DNA of 40,199 nt from Promethearchaeia archaeon. Its GTDB lineage: Archaea; Asgardarchaeota; Lokiarchaeia; Sigyniarchaeales; SOKP01. The notes beneath the pieces were generated by a model. That model was given only the letters and a program-made list of their open reading frames with translations. It searched no databases and was not told the origin of the DNA. The stretch covers positions 1-40,199 of the forward strand of contig JAHQWH010000074.1 in assembly GCA_029856105.1 (NCBI GenBank). The letters are read 5' to 3'. The translations under genes and the position numbers were made by a program. Below, one piece after another: positions 29,233 to 38,419 of the stretch; within the stretch, counting starts at the first letter, position 1, and each line of letters begins with the position of its first letter.

Positions 29233-30924
29233 TTATTGACCTCCAAAAGCTTCAATTTCAGAAAATATTTGCTCATCTGTAAAATGTCTTATCACAATTG
29301 CTTGATTCGTACATGTTGCAGCACACACTCCGCATCCCTTACATAACGCTTCTATAATTTCAATCTCATCCTCTTCATTTTTGATAATTGCATTAAAAGG
29401 ACAAACTTTGATACATATTTCGCAACCAGTACACAGACTTTTATTATGTTCGGGTAAGTATGATGTTGCTCCATCTACTTCGAGCGACTCATGAGACAAA
29501 ACTCTGCTTGCCCTAGCCGCAGCAGCATATCCTTGAGAGATGGCTTCTGTAATATCTACGGGCCATTTAGCCGATCCACCAATATAGATCCCATCTGTGG
29601 CAAAGTCGTTAGGACGTAGTTTTACATGTGCCTCCAAAAAGAATTTGTTAGCTTCTAAAGGGACCTTTAACATTTGAGCAAGTTCTTTGTTATCGTTATT
29701 TGCAACTAACGGTGTTGATAATACAAGTAAATCATATGGAAGGATCAATTCTTCCCCCATATATTCGTTAAATACTTTTACTTGGTTTTCTTCTACAGTT
29801 GGTACTTTATCAAGACTGTATTTAATAAAGAGAACGCCTTGTTCCCTTGCGTCTCTATAATATTTCTCGTAATCTGTTCCAGGAGTATATAAATCTCTAA
29901 ATAAGATCGTAATATTTGCTTCAGGATTTTTTTCTTTAATAATTAAAGCATTTTTTAAAGCGGTCATGCAACAAACGCTTGAACAGTATGGGCGTTCGTC
30001 AATTCGAGAACCTACGCACTGTATCATTACAAAATTATTTGCTTTTACATCGTTATCTATAAATTTATGTTCCAATTCAAATTGCGTGATTCTTTTTTTA
30101 CCGTCGTACCCATATAAATCGGTAGGCACAAAAAGTGAAGAACCTACAGCAACTATTATAGCCCCTACGGACAATTCAATATTCTTTCCATTTTGTTCTA
30201 CTTCTACCTCAAAATTACCCACAAATCCATCAATATTTTTAACTATGGAAGATGTTAAAACTTGCAAATTTTGAGCTTTTTGAACGTTATTTTTAATTTT
30301 ATCTAAAAGATCTGAAGCGTCTAATTGATGAGGAAAGAGTTTATGAAGCGAATTTAATCTTCCTCCTAATTTATCTTCTTTTTCAATTAAATAAGTTTGA
30401 AATCCTTGCCTGCTTAAATTAAGCGCCGCACTCATTCCAGCGACGCCTCCACCAATTATTAAAGCGGACGGATTAACATTTACCATGATTATATCGAGTG
30501 CTTCAAGTTTTACAGCTTTAGCAGTTCCCATCCTAATTAAATCTTGAGCTTTCTTATAAGCTTCCTCGGGCTGCTTTTGATGTACCCAAGTACATTGATC
30601 GCGAATATTAACAAAGTTAAAGAGATATTTGTTTAAACCCGCTTCGGAAACGCAATCTCGGAATAAGGGTTCGTGAGTTCTTGGCGTACAAGATGCTACA
30701 ACGACGCGATTTAAATCGTGTTCCCCGATTGCCGCCTTAATACTCGCTAAACCGTTCTCTGAACAAGTATATAGGTTATCCTCTGCATAGGCAACATTCG
30801 GAAGACTTTTAGCTTCTTCAGCTAAAGCCTTGCAATCTATCAAACCACCTATATTAGAACCACAGTGGCATACAAATACTCCCACTCTTACATCTTCAAT
30901 ATCTTTCTTTTCTTCTTCTGACAT
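29233..30924 (-). CDS. hdrA: HdrA-family flavoprotein (corresponds to the C-terminal part of the 1004-aa HdrA)
   Basis: VGVFVCHCG, ASCTPRTHE, GGGVAG, CVGSR, FLEAHVKLRP, ferredoxin. Confidence 0.9.
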   Translation of the reverse strand: MSEEEKKDIEDVRVGVFVCHCGSNIGGLIDCKALAEEAKSLPNVAYAEDNLYTCSENGLASIKAAIGEHDLNRVVVASCTPRTHEPLFRDCVSEAGLNKYLFNFVNIRDQCTWVHQKQPEEAYKKAQDLIRMGTAKAVKLEALDIIMVNVNPSALIIGGGVAGMSAALNLSRQGFQTYLIEKEDKLGGRLNSLHKLFPHQLDASDLLDKIKNNVQKAQNLQVLTSSIVKNIDGFVGNFEVEVEQNGKNIELSVGAIIVAVGSSLFVPTDLYGYDGKKRITQFELEHKFIDNDVKANNFVMIQCVGSRIDERPYCSSVCCMTALKNALIIKEKNPEANITILFRDLYTPGTDYEKYYRDAREQGVLFIKYSLDKVPTVEENQVKVFNEYMGEELILPYDLLVLSTPLVANNDNKELAQMLKVPLEANKFFLEAHVKLRPNDFATDGIYIGGSAKWPVDITEAISQGYAAAARASRVLSHESLEVDGATSYLPEHNKSLCTGCEICIKVCPFNAIIKNEEDEIEIIEALCKGCGVCAATCTNQAIVIRHFTDEQIFSEIEAFGGQ

Positions 30925-30929
30925 TTTTT

Positions 30930-32252
30930 TTAACCTCCTCTAATTACTTCTGCTGCCTTCGCTGCCGCACCGCTCGCCTCAGAAACAGAGCGCGGTATAT
31001 CCATTGGTTCATGTACGCACCCACAAGTGAAGATACCTTCCTTGCTGGTTTCTGTTGAGTCAAAAGGAGGAGTTTTAATAAAGCTATACTCGTTTAATTC
31101 AATACCTAAAACTTCTGACATTTTCTCAATTCCTTCTGGTGGGATAATACACGTGGCTAAAACTGCTAAGTCTACTTTTAATTCTTTTATTTCTCCATTG
31201 TCCAAATCTTCATACACTATAATCGGATTTTCTTTATTATCGATAGTAATTTGAGCAATTTTACTCTTAATATATTTAATATTATAATCATTTTCGCCCC
31301 TTTGAATAAAAGATTGAAAGCCTTTACCACCTGCTCTTATATCTATATAAAAGACGTACGATTCCAATTCATTATTATGCTCGTAAGCTATCATAGCTTC
31401 TTTAGTTGTATACATACAACAAATTGACGAGCAATACTGTCTACTTCTATCGTTTCGTGAACCGATACATTGCAAATAAGCTATTTTTTTTGGTTTTTCC
31501 CCGTCAGATAGTCTTTTTACATGCCCCTCTTGAGGTCCAGAAGCGCTTAACAATCTTTCGAACTCTAAGGCGGTAACGACATTTCTGTACTTTTGATAAC
31601 CGTAATTTCTTAAAACCTCATTATCAATATCTTCGATCAAATTATACCCCGTAGCAACGATAATAGAACCAACATTAGTCAGTTTAATTTGTTGATCTTG
31701 TTGCTCAAAATCAATTGCTTCCCTTTCACAAACTTTCTCGCAAATTCTACACGCGTTCTTTGTAAACCATAAACAATTATCCTTATCAATCGTCATTATA
31801 GCAGGGACTCCTTGCAAGTAGTACATATAAATAGCTCTCCTTTTTCTTAGCTGACGATCGAATTCATCTATTACTCTCATTGGGCATTTTTCAGTACAAA
31901 CACCGCAATTTATACACTCATCTTCTTTAACGTAGCGTGCACGCTTTAAAATATCGACCGAAAAATTACCGTTCTCCCCCTCCACTTTCTGAACTTCTGA
32001 ATACGAATAGAGCGTAATATTTGGATGTCTATAACATTCTGATAATTTAGGGGCTAATATACAAATCGAACAATCGTTAGTAGGAAATGTTTTATCTAAT
32101 TGGGCCATTCTGCCCCCGATATTTGGTTTCTTTTCTACCATATCTACATGTATTCCCATATCCGCTAAATCTAATGCTGCTTGAATTCCTGCGATCCCGC
32201 CACCGATAACTAAAGCACTCTTTGAGTTTTTTTCCAAATTTCCTTCACTCAT
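30930..32252 (-). CDS. hdrA: HdrA-family flavoprotein (corresponds to the N-terminal part of the 1004-aa HdrA)
   Basis: GGGIAG, QLDKTFPTNDC, inserted ferredoxin, CIGSR, CSSICC. Confidence 0.9.
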   Translation of the reverse strand: MSEGNLEKNSKSALVIGGGIAGIQAALDLADMGIHVDMVEKKPNIGGRMAQLDKTFPTNDCSICILAPKLSECYRHPNITLYSYSEVQKVEGENGNFSVDILKRARYVKEDECINCGVCTEKCPMRVIDEFDRQLRKRRAIYMYYLQGVPAIMTIDKDNCLWFTKNACRICEKVCEREAIDFEQQDQQIKLTNVGSIIVATGYNLIEDIDNEVLRNYGYQKYRNVVTALEFERLLSASGPQEGHVKRLSDGEKPKKIAYLQCIGSRNDRSRQYCSSICCMYTTKEAMIAYEHNNELESYVFYIDIRAGGKGFQSFIQRGENDYNIKYIKSKIAQITIDNKENPIIVYEDLDNGEIKELKVDLAVLATCIIPPEGIEKMSEVLGIELNEYSFIKTPPFDSTETSKEGIFTCGCVHEPMDIPRSVSEASGAAAKAAEVIRGG

Positions 32253-32282
32253 TATTATTTTTAATTTTTATTTTAATTAAGT

Positions 32283-33158
32283 TTAAACATTAAACCCTAT
32301 ACTTTCGAACAATTCCTTTGGTTTAATTCGATGAAAGTTAAATCCTAATTCTTCCGGTTTAAACCCAAATGATAAAGCCATCAACTCAGACAAATAAAAA
32401 ATAGGTATGTTGTATTCTGAATTATTTTTCTTGTTAAGTTCTCTCTGATTAAACTCAAATTGTTGATAACAAGCAGGACATACTACAACAACGCAGTTAG
32501 CGCCTGCTTCATTAATTGCTTTTAATTTGTTATCTATCATTTGCAGAGATAAATCCCTATCCGATTTATCAAGAGGATTTCCACAACACTCCATTTTTAG
32601 TTCATATTCTACTGATTCCGCACCTAATGTCTTAACGATTTCATCTAAAGTTACTGGTTCAAATGGGTCGTCCCATTGAATAACCTCTGAAGGTCTTAAA
32701 TAGTGACATCCGTAATGAATGGCGACCTTAAAACCTTCCAAGGGTATTTCTATATTTTCTTTAACTTTTTCTAGATTTTCATAAAGAACTTGAGCAAAGT
32801 GTTTTACCTCTGTTTTGCCCTCATATGTCTTTCCAATCTTTTTTAAATATTTGTTAACTTTTTGCTTAGCGTCTACATCCTTATTTATAAAATAATTTAC
32901 ACCTTTTAATGTTTCAACGCATCCTGAGCAGAAAGATACGACGCCTCCGTTGTTGTTGCACAAACTTAAATTCCTTGCGCCCAAAGCTAACCAGGTTTCG
33001 TGGTCAATCAGCTCAATCCCAGTAGGATCAGGACAACAACTAAAACCGTCAACATCCCGTAACTCAATACCAAGCTTTTCAAAAACTTTTCTTGAAGATA
33101 CCTCTAAATAGGGTAATCTTGCCGGTATAACGCAACCCAAAAATAAATCGTACGACAT
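32283..33158 (-). CDS. hdrB: Heterodisulfide reductase subunit B
   Basis: FLGC, SCCP, CSGC, HYGCH, ECCG, CPACYQQFE. Confidence 0.94.
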   Translation of the reverse strand: MSYDLFLGCVIPARLPYLEVSSRKVFEKLGIELRDVDGFSCCPDPTGIELIDHETWLALGARNLSLCNNNGGVVSFCSGCVETLKGVNYFINKDVDAKQKVNKYLKKIGKTYEGKTEVKHFAQVLYENLEKVKENIEIPLEGFKVAIHYGCHYLRPSEVIQWDDPFEPVTLDEIVKTLGAESVEYELKMECCGNPLDKSDRDLSLQMIDNKLKAINEAGANCVVVVCPACYQQFEFNQRELNKKNNSEYNIPIFYLSELMALSFGFKPEELGFNFHRIKPKELFESIGFNV

Positions 33159-33159
33159 T

Positions 33160-33657
33160 TTATTCGCCCCCCTTCAAGATATTTTTTTCAAAATTAGTCT
33201 CTTTCATTAGAGTTTTAATCTCTTCTACTGACGCAATTTTGATCTCTGGAAGACCTAATTTCTTGCGCCTCGCAACGATCGAATTTGAATAAGGAATGGC
33301 CACTCCAGTATCAAATACTGCTTTACCCTGGGAGTAAAACGCTTCGGGATATTTCTGCTCTTCAAAACATAAGTTTTTTATCAAAGTAAATATCTCCGTT
33401 AATTCTACCTTTTGAGGGCACAACTCAACGCATTTTTGACAAGTCGAACACAACCAAGGGTTAGGATCTTGACTCTCAACTAACTTATCCTTTAACCCTA
33501 ATATTGCCTCTTCAATTATTTTTCTAGGATTGTACTTCCCATTTGTAAGTAAAGCTACAGGACAACCCCCAGAACACGTTGAACATTGATAACAATAACT
33601 TAACGACGCGTTGTGCTTGAGCACTTCGTTTCTAAAATCATAATTTACGACACTCAT
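33160..33657 (-). CDS. hdrC: Heterodisulfide reductase subunit C
   Basis: CYQCSTCSGGCP and WLCSTCQKCVELCP. Confidence 0.94.
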   Translation of the reverse strand: MSVVNYDFRNEVLKHNASLSYCYQCSTCSGGCPVALLTNGKYNPRKIIEEAILGLKDKLVESQDPNPWLCSTCQKCVELCPQKVELTEIFTLIKNLCFEEQKYPEAFYSQGKAVFDTGVAIPYSNSIVARRKKLGLPEIKIASVEEIKTLMKETNFEKNILKGGE

Positions 33658-33839
33658 GTCAAAACCTCTTTTTCTAACCTTTTGTGTTTTTTAATGGTCT
33701 AACTAATTTAAGTTTTATAAAAAAGAAATATAAGTTAAATTAATTTATTACAATTCAGCACAATTAGATAAATTATAATGGAAAATCGACATTTCCATTC
33801 TAATTTGTTTATAATAATTAAATTGGATTTAATTTTTAA

Positions 33840-34118
33840 TTACTCGAGATGCTTTTGAAGATCTATGTAAATTGGTATCTCTTCGCCCTTCTTCTTAATT
33901 ACAACTCTTAAAAGCCCATCCTCTATAGACGTATTAATTGGTCTTAACTCTTCTTCGGGCGCTTTTGGAGTGGCATCCCCTCCAGGACGTTTCGTTTTTG
34001 TTTTTAAACACGTGTGGTGCTCGTTATAGAGATAACAGTGCGAACAACAAAAGCCTTCAGGCATATATCCCACTATTGAACACTTATCGTAGTTGTCGCA
34101 ATTACAGTTGTTACACAT
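33840..34118 (-). CDS. Small Cys-rich protein (paralog A)
   Basis: MCNNCNC...CSIVGY.P..FCC..C...C; GAGG upstream; shares this motif with the neighbouring ORF. Confidence 0.75.
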   Translation of the reverse strand: MCNNCNCDNYDKCSIVGYMPEGFCCSHCYLYNEHHTCLKTKTKRPGGDATPKAPEEELRPINTSIEDGLLRVVIKKKGEEIPIYIDLQKHLE

Positions 34119-34130
34119 AAGCGTTTACCT

Positions 34131-34361
34131 CTATTTGCCTATGATAGGGGTTATCTTTTCCTTTTTTGCTTCTACCTGAGTTTCAACTCGAATATGTTGA
34201 GAACTTGAGCCAAAAACTTTCGCTTTCATTCTAATATAATTTTCGCACGAATGTCTATTTTCGTACCCTACACAAAGTTCGCAACAAAACGCAATCGGTT
34301 GGTACCCAACAATCGAACATCGATCGTAAGCATCTTGACTACAATTACAGCTATTACACAT
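34131..34361 (-). CDS. Small Cys-rich protein (paralog B)
   Basis: MCNSCNC...CSIVGY.P..FCC..C...C. Confidence 0.75.
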   Translation of the reverse strand: MCNSCNCSQDAYDRCSIVGYQPIAFCCELCVGYENRHSCENYIRMKAKVFGSSSQHIRVETQVEAKKEKITPIIGK

Positions 34362-34416
34362 TTTTTATTCACTTTTATTTTTTTTCTATTGTGAATTAAT
34401 TCCCACAATTTTTTTT

Positions 34417-34460
34417 ACTATGATCATAGTTAGATAAATTAGTATTTAAACATGATCATT
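34417..34460 (-). promoter_or_regulatory. TATA box flanked by TGATCA-core palindromic operators
   Basis: Perfect 14-bp palindrome ACTATGATCATAGT (34417-34430); TTTAAATA on the minus strand (34450-34443); ATGATCAT (34452-34459). Confidence 0.55.
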
Positions 34461-35029
34461 TTTCGTATTCTCGACTAGATATTTTATCAGATATCATGAT
34501 TTTGTTTGAAATCCATATTGATTATGATCAAAATTCATGCATTCGGTAACAAACTAAATTTGATTGATCCAAAACACTGATTAATATAAAATATTATTAT
34601 TATAAGTCTCAAAATGTTCTTTTTTTTCAAAAAAAGCCAAACATATGATGCTTTTCGAAAAATAATAGCTATAAAATGGTAAAAATCATGAATTCCCTTA
34701 GACACGAATGTAACCAATGAATCTAATAATAGTGAATATAACGAGTAGAAAGCGTGTTTTGATAGTTTTTGAAAGTTAAAATAATTTGAACCTAAAAAAT
34801 AACAAGTTCAAGTTTCGGAAGGTATTATTTTTATCACATCAATGATCAATAAAAGCAAGGACTTCAAGTGGTTTATTCAAGGATTCAACATTTTATGAAC
34901 TTTTTTAAGATATGGTTTCTGAAAAAATTTCGAAAAACGATAAAAATTAATAACAATTTTATGTTCTTGATCATTAGACCTTAATAATTTTGTAAAGATA
35001 TTAATTATAATACAAGTGAGTTAATTGAA

Positions 35030-35449
35030 ATGGATGTTATAGATATAAAGATTCTGGAAGAATTGAAGTTAAATAGTCGTATGTCCTATAGCGATATTAG
35101 CGAGAGAATAGGTAAAACGGAGGCAACTGTAAGGAGAAGGGTAAAGAAACTCCTCGAAGATAAGGTTATTAAACAGTTTACCATTGAATATGAGATTGAT
35201 ACAAAACCTAAAACTTCCGCAACCATAAAAATAGAGCCTGATTTCAAAGATATTAAGCGAATTTTGAGCGAATTAAAGAAAATTGACGAAATAACGGCTA
35301 TTTGGAGGTTATCAGGAGATTGTGGCCTTCTCATGAAAGTAGATATCGCAACTATAGAGCAATTTAATCCTCTTATAGAAGACAAGATCTCTCAGGTTTC
35401 GGGAATAAAAATAGTAGAAACTTGTTTCATAACAGATATTATCAAATAA
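35030..35449 (+). CDS. Lrp/AsnC family transcriptional regulator
   Basis: MDVIDIKILEELKLNSRMSYSDIS...EATVRRRVKKL HTH plus RAM domain (RLSGD). Confidence 0.93.
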   Translation: MDVIDIKILEELKLNSRMSYSDISERIGKTEATVRRRVKKLLEDKVIKQFTIEYEIDTKPKTSATIKIEPDFKDIKRILSELKKIDEITAIWRLSGDCGLLMKVDIATIEQFNPLIEDKISQVSGIKIVETCFITDIIK

Positions 35450-35677
35450 CAAAAAATTTCTTTTTACTAATTACTAATCTTTTTTTAATCTAAATCTGAA
35501 TTAAAAAATTAACTTAGTTTTTTATGTGAAAAATGGGGAAAAAGGCAAAAGGCATTAAAATTCTAAAACCTTAAGCCAAACAAATTAATAATTTTCCACA
35601 GTCACCTTTTTTTAATTATTTTGGGACGATATAACGGACATAAGGAAATAATATTTTCATTTAAAAATAATTAAAAG

Positions 35678-35863
35678 TTGATAAATATAATGATAAGCGA
35701 TGTAAATTTTAACCCGAAAAGCTGTATTTTATCGTGTCCATTTTCACACGTTTGCAGTCTTCCCAAAGTTGAAAGTTTATGTAATTTTCCAGATTATAAA
35801 CTTTGCCCTGATTACGATTCCAAACTAAAAAGATTAAAATCATCAACCAAAATCTTGCACTAA
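35678..35863 (+). CDS. Small Cys-rich hypothetical protein
   Basis: C-x3-CPF-x3-C-x8-C-x7-CPDY pattern. Confidence 0.55.
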   Translation: MINIMISDVNFNPKSCILSCPFSHVCSLPKVESLCNFPDYKLCPDYDSKLKRLKSSTKILH

Positions 35864-36017
35864 TTAAAATCTAAACCCCTGAAACTGAGAATTTTGTAAT
35901 ATATTTAAAATCTCAGGCAAAGTTAAGTATTATTTTAAGCATTCATGATCCAGATTGCACTTTTGGAAGTAACTGAATGCAATTATTAAGTAGCTAAAAA
36001 CTAAGAAAAGAGAAATA

Positions 36018-36320
36018 TTATAACTCTTTCTCTACTAAAATCTCGTTCAAAACGATATCGAGCTCAATGTCGGAATCCTTTATCTTTTTAACGACTTTCC
36101 TTAAACCATAATCGTTTAACATTAGTTCAATAATGTTTTTATATAACCCGACTATGTTTTCCTTGCCCGCTTCGTAATAAATTTGATCATCTTTTTCAGC
36201 AAGGCCAATGCTTAGGATATCATACAATCCCTTAATGGACTCCTTAATATCGTGGAAATTCTTCTCGGCTTTTTCTACACTACCATTCGTAAAATTTGTT
36301 TGAGGCATTTTTTTAATCAC
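36018..36320 (-). CDS. Hypothetical helical protein
   Basis: 100-aa ORF; TTTAAATA box upstream. Confidence 0.65.
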   Translation of the reverse strand: MIKKMPQTNFTNGSVEKAEKNFHDIKESIKGLYDILSIGLAEKDDQIYYEAGKENIVGLYKNIIELMLNDYGLRKVVKKIKDSDIELDIVLNEILVEKEL

Positions 36321-36823
36321 TATGTTACAATAATAAATCTGAATATTTAAATGATTACTATTTTCGACTATTATGTGTCAATTCACGATCAGCAAATGTA
36401 AGCAAATCTAATGGTGCTAACGAATAACATAAATGTAAATATTAAATAAATGAAAAGAAAAATATCGAATATCGAAATAAAAAAAACTTTAGGTATTACG
36501 ATAATCGAAAATATATTAAATCGATCGAGGAATCTTGTCTTTTTTAACTCTTTTGATCATAAAAAAAAGAAAAATGAAGAAAAAGTAAATTTTTAGAGCA
36601 TCATTTTTTAAAAAAACTATATAAAAATAATACTTTTATTTTATATTAGATGTGAATCTCGCTGATCTTAAATTTTGAAAATTGAGGGATAAGCCTAATT
36701 TTCGAGCTAAAATGGTATAAAGACGTTAAATAATAATTCAACGCGTAGAAGAAGCATGCCCTTCATATATTTAATAGGAATTCAAACAGTATTAGTTTTT
36801 TTTTTATCTAAATATTAATAGAA

Positions 36824-37858
36824 TTATAAAAAATTCTTTTTTTCCCTTTTTTTGCTATATTCTCTCAATTGTTTTTCTGTCCAAACATCTAATTCTCCCA
36901 AATTAGTTGGATCATCTTGTTTTAGCTTAACTTTAAGAATTTTTCGAGTTTTATTGAAATAGTCAATAATTTTTTGTCCATCTTTAGTAGGAAAATATTT
37001 ACCATTATTTATTCTAATTAAAGGATTTTTATCTTGTTCCATCTCACGAATCAATTTAGAGAGATTTCTTAGAACGTACATCTTAACTCGATTTGGCAAA
37101 TTTTCTTGTTTGTTTATAAATCTTCTCATCTTAGCCTTGTTAGATGGTCCATTAAATTCTTTTACTATTCTTAAAACAAAGAACTTTAATAATGCGGACT
37201 TTATAATAATCAATACTGGGATGATGATTAAAAACCAGTAGAGCTTAGAAATATTAATTCTTATAAAATATTGACCATAATTGAAATATACATCAAATAT
37301 AGGTGAAATAAGAATAATTTGTATAATGTAAACAACTTCTGACGCAACTGAAAAAATTAATCGACAATACATATAGGGTTCAAAAAAGTATATCAAAACG
37401 CTAAGACTTATAATAATGAAACCAAAAACCAGTAGAGCTTAGAAGTTCTTTATAATAATCAATACTGGGATGATGATTAAAAACCAGTAGAGCTTAGAAA
37501 TATTAATTCTTATAAAATATTGACCATAATTGAAATATACATCAAATATAGGTGAAGTAAGAATAATTTGTATAATGTAAACAACTTCTGACGCAACTGA
37601 AAAAATTAATCGACAATACATATAGGGTTCAAAAAAGTATATCAAAACGCTAAGACTTATAATAATGAAACCAACTAAAACAATTGGAAGAATCAAGAAA
37701 TCTAATTTTAGAAGATACGCTTTAAATTCAACAAGTTCTTTTAACACATCTCCGATCTGGAAATACAAAATAAGAGGAATAACGACGGAAGTAAATATTA
37801 CAGAAATAACCAAAAAAACTATCCAATAATGTTTACGGTCTAATTTCCAAGGAAGCAT
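36824..37858 (-). pseudogene. Membrane protein gene disrupted by an internal tandem duplication (seen as ORFs of 139 and 190 aa)
   Basis: Both ORFs are in the same frame, share a near-identical segment, and are separated by a TAA in the duplication junction. Confidence 0.65.
37199..37674. repeat. 227-bp direct repeat (37199-37425 and 37448-37674; one mismatch seen) with a 22-nt junction
   Basis: Direct sequence comparison; offset 249 bp. Confidence 0.92.
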
Positions 37859-37885
37859 GATTTATCCAAAATTTATAAATTTAAT

Positions 37886-38419
37886 TCAGAATTCATAATC
37901 AGAAATATTTAGTTTAGTTAATTCCACTTGGAAGCTAATCAATTCATTTAAATACCTCCCATCGAAGTTCACACTTATCACAAACGAATAACCTCTCGAT
38001 TCGTTCACGTTATTCCAAAAATCATACAATCTTTCTAAGTTAAAATTGTTATGTGAGGCGTTAAGAGCAACAGAAAACGATTCTTTATATAGTATTGGGA
38101 AATACCTCGTATAATTACTAAATATTTCTTGTTCTGATGTATTTAGCTCGCTTGAATTATAGTATATTACATCAATACTAGTGTGAACTCTTAAATCTAA
38201 ATCGTACCTGTTAAAATTTTTAATAAAGAAAGAATATTTAACCCAAGGTTTAGAACTATTAAAGTCTTTCTCAATAAACGCATTAGGAAATTGTATGGTC
38301 CCAATAGTATCCTCAACACCGAAATATACTGAAAATAAAGAAAAAGGAATAATAATACCTACAAGAATCGGCAAAAAGACTAAAATTAGACCAATTATCC
38401 TAATAAAGTTTGATCTCAT
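37886..38419 (-). CDS. Hypothetical membrane-anchored/secreted protein
   Basis: N-terminal hydrophobic helix, beta-rich body, several N-x-S/T sequons. Confidence 0.7.
   Translation of the reverse strand: MRSNFIRIIGLILVFLPILVGIIIPFSLFSVYFGVEDTIGTIQFPNAFIEKDFNSSKPWVKYSFFIKNFNRYDLDLRVHTSIDVIYYNSSELNTSEQEIFSNYTRYFPILYKESFSVALNASHNNFNLERLYDFWNNVNESRGYSFVISVNFDGRYLNELISFQVELTKLNISDYEF

Noticed and set aside
22115-31254. Many short plus-strand ORFs within the hdr/flx operon, and similar antisense ORFs in tfb, tldD, pmbA, the aminotransferase and lrp
   Set aside because: Shadow ORFs antisense to or overlapping well-supported genes, with no motifs
24975-32252. Selenocysteine recoding in hdrA/mvhD (known for Lokiarchaeota HdrA and VhuD)
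   Set aside because: All these ORFs are full length with Cys in the motifs and need no in-frame TGA
34389-34408. Rex operator (TTGTGAA-n4-TTCACAA)
   Set aside because: The right half does not fit the spacing and there is no rex gene in the window
34535-34717. 60-aa minus-strand ORF in the regulatory region
   Set aside because: Low-complexity AT-rich translation with no motif; probably non-coding
37199-37674. CRISPR array or DGR template/variable repeat pair
   Set aside because: Only two long copies with one mismatch; no spacers, cas genes or reverse transcriptase in the window
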